Below, in pieces: positions 1-12,534 of a DNA stretch of 64,000 nucleotides. This DNA comes from Octopus vulgaris (lineage: Eukaryota). The notes beneath the pieces are model-generated. The model was not told the origin of the DNA and did no database searches. It saw nothing but the letters and a program-made list of their open reading frames with translations. The stretch is taken from the NCBI GenBank assembly GCA_951406725.2, contig OX597837.1:21204001-21268000 (forward strand), written 5' to 3'. The position numbers were made by a program, and so were the translations under genes. Position 1 is the stretch's first letter, and every line of letters begins with the position of its first letter.

Positions 1-98
1 GATCCATGTGAGGTGCCAAGGGTACAAAAACCATATTCAAGTCCTTTAAAAAGATTAGCATAATCTTCAAGAAGGTTGAAGTCAACTACATTTTGTTC
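1..98 (-). CDS. HTATIP2: HTATIP2/TIP30-like oxidoreductase, coding exon 3 (truncated by window edge)
   Basis: Acceptor ctacttttcag at 109-99, then EQNVVDFNLLEDYANLFKGLEYGFCTLGTSHG. This resembles TIP30 [29 protein letters not shown]. Phase 0 matches the exon 2 donor. Not in the ORF track. Confidence 0.9.
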
Positions 99-749
99 CT
101 GAAAAGTAGTTTTTAAAAAATGTAACTATTTAAAATAAAAGTATTATGTTGATGTCATAAGAATTTTATAAATTTTCCAAAGAACCTGACTAGAAAATTT
201 ACATTTCCTGAGTATAAACAAACCCCACCACAACCTATAGTTCATACTATTAAGTGGTTAGCTAAATGAGCAAAGACAGTGCAGGGTTATGAAGTCTCAA
301 GTCCCTCTAGTTCTCTCTTATCAAAAGTTATTCAACCTATCTAGTGTTGGTGCGATGAGCAAATTCATCAGTGAGCTCTGTAGAGTAGTTAGGAAGAGCA
401 TCCAGCTGTAAAAACTAAGCCAAATGATACATACAAGCATCTAGTCTTTGGGAGCTCTAAATGGGAACCAATTCAGATCTTGACAGCCATTAGCCCATAT
501 ATATTAGTGACAGAGGCAGTATTAATACGGTGAGGTGATATTTATCTCCACTTAAATGTGGATGTTCTTTTAGAACAAACTATACTGTGGTGGATATCAT
601 GAGAGAAACTCTCATATTGGCTTTTGGTACAAAATGCACTCTTGTTTATATTTATTGGATTTCTTTCACTGAACTGCTAAGTTATGGGGATGTAAACAAA
701 CCAATACTGATTGTCCGGCTGTGAAGGGAGGTGCAAACACAAAGACACA

Positions 750-786
<37 letters not shown>

Positions 787-1510
787 GTGATGATCTTCCA
801 CAGTTTCCAAATTCTTATCTAAGTTGCTGTACAGTCAGACTGAACCCAAAGCCACATGGTTGCAAAGCAAGCTCTTAACAACATAGGCAACATTTTAAAA
901 ACATGCAAGTCTGTAATGTCAAAAATTCCTGTACATGAAACCAAAACTTGTAACCTATTATTGCGAAATATCGTTAAGTTGTCTTACACAACAAGTACAG
1001 TTTAACTGGCCTACTTTTAAACAAACCTACTTTTAAACAAAACTACATTTAAACTGGTCATATCTGGCCCAAAATTTTCCACTTGTTTTATGTTTAAACT
1101 GGCCAGATCCAGCCTCTCGCACCTACCTAACAATGTCAATCAAATCATAAACATTTATATACTTGAAATCTCAAGGCTATGAGATAATGCATGATGAATT
1201 CACATGAATGTGAATGAATATGTATTACATTTGACAGAGTAACCTGAATGCTAAAGGGTTAAATGGAGACTCAGGGAACTGTCTTATATATCCAGTCACT
1301 TTAACTCCATATATGGAGTCTCTCCAGGTGAAGACACTTCTTCTCCATATTTAAGAAGCCACAGCTCCAGCACTACCAACACGGTTAGAATGTTGCAGGA
1401 AAGACAAGATGGTTTCTTTAAACTGAACCAACTAGCAAAAGACTTAGGGGTAGACCAAGAGTGAGACAGTTGAATAATGTCCATAGTATCAGTTGTAAGT
1501 TAGGTATGAG

Positions 1511-1745
1511 AGGCGGTGAGCTGGCAGAAACGTTAGCACGCCAGGCGAAATGCTTAGTGGTATTTCGTCTGTCGTTACGTTGTGAGTTCAAATTCCACCG
1601 AAGTCGACTTTGCCTTTCATCCTTCCGGGGTCGATAAATTAAGTACCAGTTACGCACTGGGGTCGATGTAATCGACTTAATACCTATGTCTGTCCTTGTT
1701 TGTCCTCTCTGTGTTTAGCCTCTTGTGGGTAATAAAGAAATAGGT
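1511..1745 (+). mobile_element. tRNA-derived SINE family B (core ctttcatccttccggggtcgataaattaagtaccag, Nin/Deu-domain-like)
   Basis: Head ggcggtgagctggcagaa..., B-box-like gagttcaaattcc. Related copies at about 6700-6915, 6940-7150, 9380-9710, 14190-14535, 20585-20800, 21755-21970, 24015-24190, 42970-43235, 51025-51165 and 51200-51410. Confidence 0.8.
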
Positions 1746-2644
1746 ATGAGCATAAAACAGGCAGAATATTTGGGCTGGATATGGCTGGCTTAAATGCCAA
1801 AGAGTTAATCATTGGTCTGCTCAGCAACAGCAATCTGAACTTAGCTCAATGTCAATGAAAATGTCATCACTACTACATTGTTCTTTGTTACTTTCAGCAG
1901 TGAACTGTACCTAATCATACTTTGGAATTCAGCCAAAGAGGATAATAGTGGTTACTTCTGAAAGGGTCCTATGGAGGAAGTGCCTGATAACTCTCCCCCC
2001 ACGACCCATCCAGGAATAGTGGGTAGAGAAAATGGTGGAGTGATGGATGGATATACATATACAATATTAACCCTTAACAATTAGTTAATTTGGGTAACTG
2101 TCTAAAACTGATGCCTTCTATCCATACTTATAACGAAATTGCCATTTGTATATATCTGACGTGTATGAACTTGTAGGAGAACTCTGGAGAAGGGGGATAA
2201 CTCTTTAGAGGGGTTATAACTCTAAAGGAAGGTCAATGTCAGAACCTTGCAGGTAGTACACTTGTGTAACCATAACTTAATAACTAAGGCTATTAAAAGA
2301 GTGCCAGTGACATATAAAAGGTGTCTGTGCCAGTGACACATACACGGTACTTTTACTGGTGACACGTAAAAGGCATTCATGCATATCAGGGACATGTGAA
2401 AAGTACTCGTGATGGGTTCACATAAAAAAAACACCCGGTACACTCTGTGGAGCGGTTGGCAGTAGGAAGGGCATTCAGCCATAGAAATCAAGCCAAAACA
2501 GACTGGAGCCTGATGCAGCTCTCCAACTTACCAGTTTCAGTCTAACCCATGCTGGCATGGAAAACAGATGCTAAATGATGATGATGATAATGATTAAAAG
2601 AGTATTAGAAATGAATAAACAAATAAGCAAATTGTTTTACTTAC

Positions 2645-2831
2645 AAACTCAGGACCAATATGGTCAAGGTTTATCGTCCGACGTCCGATCAAAATAACCC
2701 TATTGAATACTTTGGCCCGGTTAAGGGCCTCCAACAGGTGTCGGCCCACTTCTCCACTGTACCCAACTACAAAGGCGCTATAGTTTTTACGGCGGAAGTT
2801 TTCAATGTTTTCCTCAGCACTCAGTGGAATT
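2645..2831 (-). CDS. HTATIP2: HTATIP2/TIP30-like oxidoreductase, coding exon 2 (Rossmann GxxGxxG)
   Basis: Acceptor ttattttccag (AG at 2833-2832), donor gtaagt starting 2644. Encodes IPLSAEENIENFRRKNYSAFVVGYSGEVGRHLLEALNRAKVFNRVILIGRRTINLDHIGPEF, like TIP30 [22 protein letters not shown]...VTLIGRR. Length 187 nt, phases 2/0. Confidence 0.92.
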
Positions 2832-3179
2832 CTGGAAAATAAAAAATATAAACAACAATAAGTCAAATAAGTCAAACATGGAACAAAAATACTGCAAAGG
2901 ACCTAAAGAGACAACAGCTTTCAACTGTAATTTGAGTTGACTAAAATCAAGTGAAATTTGATAGACAAAACTGTGCAGAAGCTTAAGGCATGGTTATGAG
3001 GTTAAGAAGTTTACTTCACAGCCAGGTGGTTTGAGGTTAAGTCTCACTGCATGGCACTTCAAGTATGGGCCTTCTATTATAGTCCTGATATGAGTGGATT
3101 TGGTAGATGGAAAGTGAAAGTAGCTTGTCCTTCTATGTTAAATATATATGAATGTAACAAAATTTTTAATTTTTTTGCC

Positions 3180-3612
3180 TTTTGTTATTTCATATTTGTT
3201 TCTCTCTAGAAATCAAAGTAAATGACTACTATTCCCTTCAAACTTTGCTTTTGTGACATTGGAATCAATGTTTTGAAACTGACCTATTTTCTATTATATG
3301 TCAGACAGATTCAGCACTGAGTTGCTGAACAAGAAATATTATAGTAAATATTCAGCTCAATCCCACAGATTTGCTTGTCAGTTGCTTGACCTAAATCACT
3401 TGAGGTTGTCCCTTAATGGCTGACAATGTGCATCTCTGATCACAAGCAAGGAGTAGTGGGGGAGCATTATAGCCATGTGTTGAGAGGAATTCTTGAGGGT
3501 TTGAATAAATGTAAGAAAAGCAAAGTTTGAAGAAAATATTAGCCATTTTTCATACTTTCTAAGGGTAAGCAAGTAGGAAATAATGGTTGCTACCCAAGGA
3601 CAAAAATCATGT
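3180..3612. repeat. Unclassified ~430 bp dispersed repeat (MITE-like), copy 1
   Basis: Diverged reverse-complement copy at about 62880-63298. Internal inverted motif cttcaaactttgctttt / aaaagcaaagtttgaag. Confidence 0.7.
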
Positions 3613-4042
3613 CTCATAGTTTAATACTTTGATACTAAGCTGAATGATATCTCCAGTGACAGATCATTGTTATGTCACCATAGCTACATAAGTCTATTAA
3701 TTTAGATGGCCTATACTGAAAACAGACTTTAAATTGCCAATTTCCACATTTCATTATACACTCACTATAAATACATGTTGTGCTGAATATATATAAGTAC
3801 ATATATATATATATGTGTACATATATACATATATATTTATATATGTATATATATAAATGTGCGTGTGTGTGTTTATATATAGAACACCGCATTTAGTCAA
3901 ACAAATCAACCCAAAGATTTATTCTTTGTAAGCCTAGTACTTATTCAATGTGTTCCTTTTGCTGAAGTGCTAAGTTACAGTGACATAAACACACCAACAT
4001 CGGTTATCAAACGATGGTGGGGGGAGGAACACACACAAACAA

Positions 4043-4240
4043 CTGCCTGACTGGCCCTCGTGCTGGTGGCACGTAAAAGCACCCACTTACACTCTTGGAG
4101 TGGTTGGCGTCATGAAGGGCATCCAGCTGCCAGATCAGACTGGAGCCTGGTGCAGCCATCTGGCTCACCAGTCCTCAGTCAAATCGTCCAACCCATGCCA
4201 GCATGGAAACCAGACGTTAAATGATGATGATGATGATGAT
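4043..4240 (+). mobile_element. RTE-tail SINE/LINE 3' end ending in (GAT)n
   Basis: gtggcacgtaaaagcaccc...aagggcatccagc...ccaacccatgccagcatggaaa...(gat)n. Related copies at about 2300-2590, 34700-34900, 43340-43495, 50205-50392, 52440-52750, 57370-57550, 59195-59370 and 61525-61730. Confidence 0.75.
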
Positions 4241-4615
4241 ATATATATATGTTAGGCTTCTTTCAGTTTCCTTCAACCAAATCTACTCACAAGGTTTTGA
4301 TCAGTCCGAGGGTATTGCACCTGAATACTGTATACATTAAGTTCTTTGTTATGATTATTATGTCCATGAATTAAAAAAAAAATGAAGATAAAACTTTTGT
4401 TTGCTTTGGCACTTACAGATAAAATAAAGGGAAGAGAAAGAAGCCAGATCTTGTGTTATATGGATTTATAAGCTTTTTTTCCATTGCTGGACATAACAAA
4501 ATATTGAATACTCTAAGGCAGTGCTTCTCAAACTATCTGATGTGGCGTACAGGCCATTTCTTTTTCCAATATTCGAGGGATTGGTAATAATTCTTAGTAA
4601 TATTAATTTATAGTC

Positions 4616-5008
4616 GCAGGAGTGGCTGTGTGGTAAGTAGCTTGCTTACCAACCACATGGTCCTAGGTTCAGTCCCACTGCATGGCACTTTGGGCAAGTG
4701 TCTTCTACTATAGCCTTGGGCCTACCAAAGTCTCCTGAGTGGATTTGGTAGACAGAAACTGAAAGAAGCCCATCGTATATATGTATATATATGCATGTGT
4801 GTGTTTGTGTGTCTTTGTTTGTCCCCCAACATTGCTTGACAACCGATGCTGGTGTGTTTACGTCCCCGTTACTTAGTGGTTCAGCAAAAGAGACCAATAG
4901 AAATAAGTGCTAGGCTTACAAAGAATAAGTCCTGGGGTCGATTTGCTCGACTAAAGGCGGTGCTCCAGCATGGCCACAGTCATATGACTGAAACAAGTAA
5001 AAGAGTAA
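4616..5008 (+). mobile_element. tRNA-derived SINE family A (full length, internal microsatellite)
   Basis: A-box-like tggctgtgtgg, B-box-like ggttcagtccc, body ending gaaactgaaagaagcc, a (TA/TG)n spacer, and a tail ending gactgaaacaagtaaaagagtaa. The most abundant repeat in the window. Confidence 0.88.
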
Positions 5009-6300
5009 TTCTTCAAAGCTGAAATATTTGGTTGTGTGAGGAATGTAGCACCAACATGAGAGGAATTGTAATTGTATGTCATGGGCAATTTTCTTTCTTT
5101 TTCAAAAATGTTGTTTAACTCCAAGTTTGCTCTGTTTCAACTGGCCTATGATTAATGGCATTCCACCAATGACCATCCTGTCTTATTTTCAAACATCAAA
5201 GACTACATTATTCAGTGTGTCCTTAGTTGTTTAATCCCTAACTATTTGAAATGGCCATTTCAGACCCAAATATTCTGCCTTTTATATTCAAACCAGCCTG
5301 ATCCAGCCTCTCACACCTATCCTGCTATGTCATTCTAAAAATAAGCAATCACTTCACCAAAATCTCACAGCTATGAATGTATTTGAATTAATCATGCATG
5401 ATTAATTGAAAACAGTCTGAATAAATAAGCATTACATTTGACAGAGTAATCTGAATGCTCAAAGGGTTTAAGACAATGGGCTGTGATTTGAGAGAGAAGT
5501 AATTTAGCTGCTATTTCTTTGGTTGATTATTTCCAAAAGGTCATCACAAAATACACAAACAACTAGAAGAAAAAAATAAACACACACACTACTAGTGCAA
5601 TGGCCTAAAAGAAGGTTTAGTTTACGAGGCTTTTAACAACAAACTGCAAACAATCAAAAAGTTTAATTTAGAAACTACAATTAATGATTGTGTTCACACT
5701 GGCTCTCATTAACTTAATAGTTTGTTTTTGAATTCATTCCTTTATTTGTTTGCTTTTGATTTATGGGTTTTTTTTTCGTTTGTTTTTTTGTCTTTTGACA
5801 ATAGAAATCATTAAGAACTCAGCTGAGATAATCATATGATGAAATTAAGAACAATGCAAGGTCAACAGGTTTAAAAACCATAATGCTTTCATACTTCAGC
5901 TCAAAGCAACAGATTTATTAGTGAGGAATAATCAAGGTTGGACCCAAAAAATCTCTCTTATCCAGTTTCGTAGGGACATCAGACAGTTACATTTACTATT
6001 AATGCTGGCAGATTTTGAACACAAAGCAAAGCTCATAAAACTTATCACAAGAATCCTGGGAGAAGGGTCGTGGATTTAATTTCTCTAGACCCACATGTGG
6101 TTTGTGGGTCCCACAGGTAAGTCAGAACTGGAATCACAAGACTGTTTGAAAACTGGGTATTTGTTGTGTCGTAGGAGAAGAGGTCTATCACAAGATCCAG
6201 TCTTTGTAGCTTGTGACAGTGTGGTGAGAGCTATGCCAAGGGAGCACAAGCTCCTTGTAGGGCCTCTCAAAGGAGAGGGGCCAGACTAATAATAATAATA

Positions 6301-6646
6301 AGAGCACTCAGAGAGTGCAAACCTCCACCATGGCAACACCAACGTCCTCTCAACAATTAGCCAGAGATGATTTTTAAAATGAGAATATCTAAAATAAACT
6401 CAACTGCTCTCACAAATGAGAATACTAAAAATGAACCCAACCGCTCTCAAAAATTAAGTAAAAAAAACAGGAAAAATATTCCAGAATCCTTGTCTGGTTA
6501 CAAAATCTAAACAGTTCTTGCCAGTCATGAGGCCAAACATCTCTGAAAGTTTCATCCAAATCCATCCAGCAGTTCTTGAGATATCTTGTCCATGGACAAA
6601 CAAACAAACATGACTGAAAATAATACCTCACCTTCGTTAAGGCGAA

Positions 6647-6650
<4 letters not shown>
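6301..6650 (+). mobile_element. Non-autonomous element with 3' hairpin, inserted in (TAA)n (HINE/Helentron-like)
   Basis: Flanked by (taa)n on both sides, subterminal (caaa)n, terminal stem-loop ccttcg-ttaagg-cgaagg. Confidence 0.5.
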
Positions 6651-6701
<51 letters not shown>

Positions 6702-7189
6702 GCTTCAAATTTTGGCACAAGGCCAGCAATTTCAGAGGAGTGGCAAAGTTGATTACATCAACCCTAATGTTCAACTGGTATTTTGTTTAACGACCCCAAA
6801 AGAAAGAAAAGCAAAGTCAACCTTGGCAGAATTTGAACCCAGAACATAAAGACAGATGAAATGCCACTAAGCATTTTGCTCAGTGTCCTAACGATTCTGC
6901 TAAATCACCATCTTAATAATAATAATAATATTAATAATAATCTTTTCTACTGGAAGCAAAGGGCCTGAAATTTAGGGGAAGGGATTAAGTCGGTTACATT
7001 GAACCCCAGTGCATAACTGGTACTAATTTTATCAACCCCAAAAGGATGAAAGGCAAAGTCAAACTTGGTGGAATTTGAACTCAGAACATAATGGCAGATG
7101 AAATACCGCTAAGCATTTCGCCCAGTGTGCTAATGATTCTGCCAGCTCACCACAACAACAATAATAATAATAGTAATGATAATTATATA

Positions 7190-7675
7190 TTGAAGGACTT
7201 CAAACAAAAATCATGCCTCCTCATTGATATGGCTGTACCAATCAACATAAATGTAACTGTCAAGACCTACCAAAAACCGAGCAGGTATAAAGATCTTGAA
7301 ATAGAAATTGGCAAAATGTGGAACCTCAAGACTAAAACAATACTTGTTGTCAAAGGGGCCCTAAGAATGAGAGCAAAAGGAGTTGATTCCTACCTATGCC
7401 AGATACCAGGAGACCCCAAAATGGTAGAAATTCAAAAGATAGTGCTCATAGGAACTGCTCATATCCTATGTAAAATATTATCTATGTAATCTCAAATTTT
7501 AAAACAAACTTTTAATTTTCTTGTTTTCTTAAACATTCTCTAGAACAATACTTTGAGCAAAGCCAAATATATGGCATCCAAGGCATAACACCAACTTGAA
7601 CTTCTATCTTGTTGCCCCTTGATGTCTCTGGGTGAGACTTGGAGCCAACTTGTATAAATACAAATCAAAAGTCTA
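7190..7675 (+). mobile_element. R4/Dong-clade non-LTR retrotransposon 3' end (restriction-like endonuclease C-terminus plus UTR)
   Basis: KSCLLIDMAVP...RYKDLEIEIGKMWNLKT...GAL...IQKIVLIGTAHILCKILS matches the REL-domain tail of R4/Dong elements. It follows an (AAT)n tract, the known Dong-type target. Confidence 0.8.
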
Positions 7676-7755
7676 ACCACTAGGCCATGTGCCTCCACAT
7701 CATAGGGATTAGATATAAATCTTTATAGTATTATGCTGTTTCGTTATTAGCTTAA

Positions 7756-8346
7756 CCCTTTAGCAGTCAGATTACTCTATCAAATGTAATGTTTGTTTAT
7801 TCTTTTATTCTTTGTTTTTACTTCTTTCAGTCATTTGACTTTGGCCATGCTGGAGCACCACCTTAAAGGGGTTTAGTTGAAGAAATTGGTCCCAGGACTT
7901 GTTCTTTGTAAGCATTGTACTTATTCTATCGATCTCTTTTGCCAAACTGGTAAGTTACAGGGACGTAAGCACATCAGCATCAGTTGTCAAGTGATGGTGG
8001 GAGGACACACACAAATATATATATATATGATGGGCTTCTTTCAGTTTCCATTTACCAAATCCACTCACAAGGCTTTGGACAACCCAAGGCTATAGAAGAA
8101 GACACTTCCCCAAAGTATCATACAGTGGGACTGAACCCGGAAACATGTGGTTGGAAAGCAGTGCCTATTCATTCATATTGTTTTGAATTAATTATACATT
8201 ACCGTACAGTTTGAAGATAATTATAGTAATTGTTTTTTTTAGATTGACATTGTCAGACAGGCCTGCCTGGGCCTGATCTGGCCAGTTTGAGCATTAAACA
8301 AGCAAAATATTTTGGGCCCGATATAGCCTGTTTGAACGCTGAAGGG
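7756..8346. mobile_element. piggyBac-type MITE (TTAA TSD) with nested SINE A
   Basis: ttaa|ccctttagc ... gctgaaggg|ttaa. SINE A (-) at about 7815-8160 lies inside. Related pieces at about 1000-1262, 1760-1808, 5240-5470 and 49470-49510. Confidence 0.7.
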
Positions 8347-8869
8347 TTAATGAAGTTTGAAAGTCATTGTACTGCAAATATGACAAATGTGTGTGTGTAT
8401 TTCTACTCCTCATGACTTAACAACTAGTCTTGGTTTGTTTACGTCCCTACAACTTAGAAGTTTGGCAAAAGTGACCAATAGAATAAGTTCCGCCTTAAAA
8501 GATAAGTACTAGAGTTGGTTTGTTCAACTAAAACCCTTCAAGGTTGGAACCCAACATCCCTGTAGTCCAAATACTGAAAGAAGTAAAAGATAAAAGAAAT
8601 AATTTTAATGTTTCTTCTCAAACAAAAGTTGTTTCTCTCTTTTTTTTTTTTTTTCAAATCCATAGACATGTTCGTCTGAATGGATTCAAATGTTATGAAC
8701 AACATTAAAAGGCTTTGCAGCTGAAACAGTGCAATCTTTCTGTCAAGCGTTGGTCATTTCAAGAACTGCATGCACTAATTTGGACAATTTCTATCTCTCT
8801 TCTCATTCTATTGGAATAGCTTTTGAAAACTTAATGACAGAACAATATCACATAAAATCTATGATTAAT

Positions 8870-9172
8870 GTTTGTTCTTTCTTGAGCCACACCTGGCTCA
8901 TTAGGGCCGGTTTCCCAGTTTCCTTGGTGTATAGGTTCCCCACCTGGACGGGAATTTGGTCTATTGCAGGTGAGCTACAAGATGCAGGAGGAAAGAGTAA
9001 GAGAAAGTTGTGGCGAAAGAGTCAACAGAAGTTTGCCATTACCTTCTGCCAGAGCCGCGTGGAACTTTGGTGTTTCACTCATAAACACACGCATCGCCCA
9101 GTCTGAGATTCAAACCCATGATCCCTCAACCGCAAGTCTGCTGCTCTAACTACTAGGCCATGTGCCTCCACC
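8870..9172 (-). mobile_element. tRNA-derived SINE family C, tail type 1
   Basis: Head gtggaggcacatggcctagtagttagagcagc...gtttgaatctcagac, shared with 19706-20095 and 52940-53247. Confidence 0.75.
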
Positions 9173-10162
9173 TATAATTAATGGAGTGCATGAAATGTCC
9201 ATCACTGTGCAAAGCACAAGTCAGCAGAAGATCTTAAGGGATACAAAAGAATTCAAATAAAACAAGAAGAAAGGCAAATTACCAAAATGAATGAAGGACA
9301 GTACATCCCCCTTGAAGAGAAATTTGAAGTTGATGAGCTTAATTGAAGAGAAAGGGAGAAAATAATTCAGAATAATAATACTTCTTTCTGCTAGAGGCAC
9401 AAGGCCTGAAATTTTTAAGGAGAAGGTGAGTTGGTTACATCACCCCCACCAATGCTCAACTAATACTTATTTCAGTAATTCTGAGAGGAAGAAAGGCAAA
9501 GTTGCCTTCAGTAGAAATTTAACTCAGAGCAGAAAGATGGACAAAATAATAATGTCAAATTATGGCACAAAGCCAGCAAATTCAGAGAAGGTGATAAGTT
9601 GATCACATCAACCCCAGTACTCAACTGGTACTTATTTTATTGCCCCTGAAAGGATGATACTGGTGGCAAAGTTGATACTGGTGGCATTTGTACTCAGAAG
9701 ATAAAGACACCACAAAATTGCAGTCATTCTGATCGCTAAAAGTAGTGCCCTCCCTTCCTCCTTTTTCAATCTATAGGTGCTATCTCAGAGCAGGTTCATT
9801 CATTTGGGCCATTCTTGCCACTCTCACCCCACTTTCAACAAATTTGCTAGAAGGTAGCACTTCATTCTGCACCCTCACTTTCCTTTCAAGTAACCATCAT
9901 CTTATATTCCAAAAGAAAAGCTGAACTCCACCTGCCTATCTGTAACAATATCTGGGTAGAGGGGGAGAAGAAGAGAAGACAAAGAAGTTGTTGAGAGAGA
10001 AATACAGTGAGAGAGAGAGAGAGTGTGTGTGTGTGTGTGTAAAAGATAGATAAATAGGTAGTGTTGTCATCTTAGTAGCTAATAAGTTTTGATTAAAAAA
10101 GCAGGAATTTTATGTGTAAGTCTGTCAGCACAATGTAACACAGACTTTAAAAAAAGACTATA

Positions 10163-11221
10163 TCTATATATATAAAACTCAACTTGTGTGTCTGTGTGTT
10201 TAATTTCCCGGCACATCTCCTCCTAGCCAACAAATCGTAGAACCACCAAAAATGGGTCACTTAAAGTTTAGGCGAATGAAAATTGAACTGCGCTATTTCT
10301 GTTCCAAAATTCATCTCACAAGTGCAAAAATCGATAATGTGTTTGTTTAGGCCTTATCCCATGCATTGAATAGTGAACTTTACTCAGTCAGCTGTTTGAC
10401 ATGAACTGTGTTCACCACACATGCAAGCATGCGTAAATTGCATGAAAAATAAAAAATCAAGATATAAAAACGAATCGCCATAAACATTGTAGAAATTCAG
10501 CAAAGAAATGAATTTTTGGGATGTAGCCTGGAGGGTTTTTTTGTATTAATCATTTAGACTTTGTGAACACATACCAATTGTTTTCATAACATTTTTAACG
10601 CTTTGAATTAAATGTGACCATTTTGCTTTGAGTCTGCAGTTTGAATCACTTTAACCAAATTTTAGCAGGCCGGATTTTTGATCATCACGATACATCGCCA
10701 GCGACTCCCTGAAACTCTTCCCTGAAATCCTCATTGAGAAATCTATATATATAAAACTCAACTTGTGTGTCTGTGTGTGTATCTGTGTGTGTGTCTGGTG
10801 TTTAACTTTTGGATCTACCAAGTTTCATTATTAAGGATGGAAAGTAGTGTGTAGCAAATCTATATATATAAAGCTGAAGTTGTCTGTGTGTGGCAGGTTT
10901 GGTAGCCTTCAACTAACAATATCTCCTTCGAGACCCTACAGCGCAAGTTGACCAAAATTGAGAGTATGATGGAAGATAAAATTCAAATTGGACCATGTTA
11001 ACACCAAAAATTATTTACATCAAAAAGGTGCTTTTTTTCTATGAAAATCCTTATTTTTTACGATTTTTGACTGCTGTGTCACCATTTTTCGGTGTATTTC
11101 AACTGGAAAAATGTTCACTTGAAGAGAATAACAAGTTGCATAATGCAAAATTTTTACTTTTCAAAAATTCCAATTCTAAAGGGTCGAAACAAAGCCAAGC
11201 AACACCGGGTGATACTGCTAG
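10163..11221 (+). mobile_element. Composite non-autonomous Helitron (three 5' ends, one 3' end)
   Basis: a|TCtatatatataaa starts at 10163, 10742 and 10859. 3' end gcaacaccgggtgatactgCTAG|t at 11221. Confidence 0.75.
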
Positions 11222-11697
11222 TATAATAATACATGTAGTTATTGTGTGTGTGTGTTTGCTTGTCCTGTTTAGCTTTCAACATATAAACAATGCAACACAG
11301 GCTTTAAAGGTACGTGCATGACTGACGAATATGTATACCTGCAGCATAGTAACAGGTAATGACCTAGTAACTGATAAATTACAACAATGTTATAAGAGAG
11401 GAATGAATATGGAGGATTGGTGGACGAGGTGAAAAACCAGTAAGGTTGGATAGGATACAAAGATCAACATTTTCATACTATTATAGGCACCTGTGATAAA
11501 TAATAAAGTCAGGGCTGTCATATTTAAAAAAAAAACAATGCCTTAAAATTATTTATCAAAGGTGTCAAAATTTGAAAATGTTGACCTTTGTGCCTTATCC
11601 AGCCTTATCAGTTTGCCTACCTTGTCACCTTCCACCATATTCATTTTCCTCTTCACCAATAAAAAATAAGGTGCTGCAGCAGAAAGAAACAGACATA

Positions 11698-12420
11698 TCA
11701 TCATCATCATTTAACGTCTGTTTTCCATGCTGGCATGGGTTGGATGGCTTCACCAGAGCTGGCAAGCCAGAGAGCTGCACCAAGCTCCAGTCTGATTTGT
11801 TATGGTTCCTGTGGCTGGATGCTCTTCCTAACACCAACCACTTTACTGTGTGTGCTGGGTGCTTTTAATGTGGCAATGCACCACCAGCACCTCTACAAGG
11901 CACCAGCAGGGTGTTTTTCTTTATGTGGCACCAGCACAGGATTCTTACTAGCCAATCCTCTTCACCAGGAAGAGCAGCCTTAGCATTTCTGCTGTACGGT
12001 CTCCTTGAGTACAGCTAGGTGCTAGGTATCTCAGTCCTTTGTCATCTCACCTGAAAGATTCAGCATCCTGAGGTCGTCCTTCAGTACTTCATCCGATGTC
12101 TTCCTGGGTCTCCCACTTTCACATGTTCCATCTGCTTTGAGAGATTCACACTTCTTCACACAGCTGTCCTCATCCATCCACATCACATGACCAAACCAGC
12201 ACAGTCTTCTCTCTCGCACATGGCATCTACTTCCTCTTATGCCTCTCAATACACTAACACACTGTCAAACCTGTACACTTACATTTACACATCCAGTGGA
12301 GCATTCTAGCTTCATTCCTCTCTAGCCTTTGCATGTCCTCTACATTCGGAGAACACATCTCACTACCATGTAGAATTCCTGTCTGTATACTTGCATCAAA
12401 CAATCTTCGTTTCACTCAGA
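11698..12420 (-). mobile_element. RTE-clade LINE 3' end (RT C-terminus plus 3' UTR and (GAT)n tail), decayed
   Basis: ORF 12031-12249 RERRLCWFGHVMWMDED...GRPRKTSDEVLKDDL carries the RLxWxGHV...GRPRKTW signature of RTE elements. Confidence 0.85.
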
Positions 12421-12462
12421 GAGAGAAACTTTTGGTTGCCAACTGAGGTGTGTGTGTATGTA

Positions 12463-12534
<72 letters not shown>

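Noticed and set aside
1296-1484. Additional HTATIP2 exon
   Set aside because: No similarity to TIP30, and exons 2 and 3 already join contiguously in frame.
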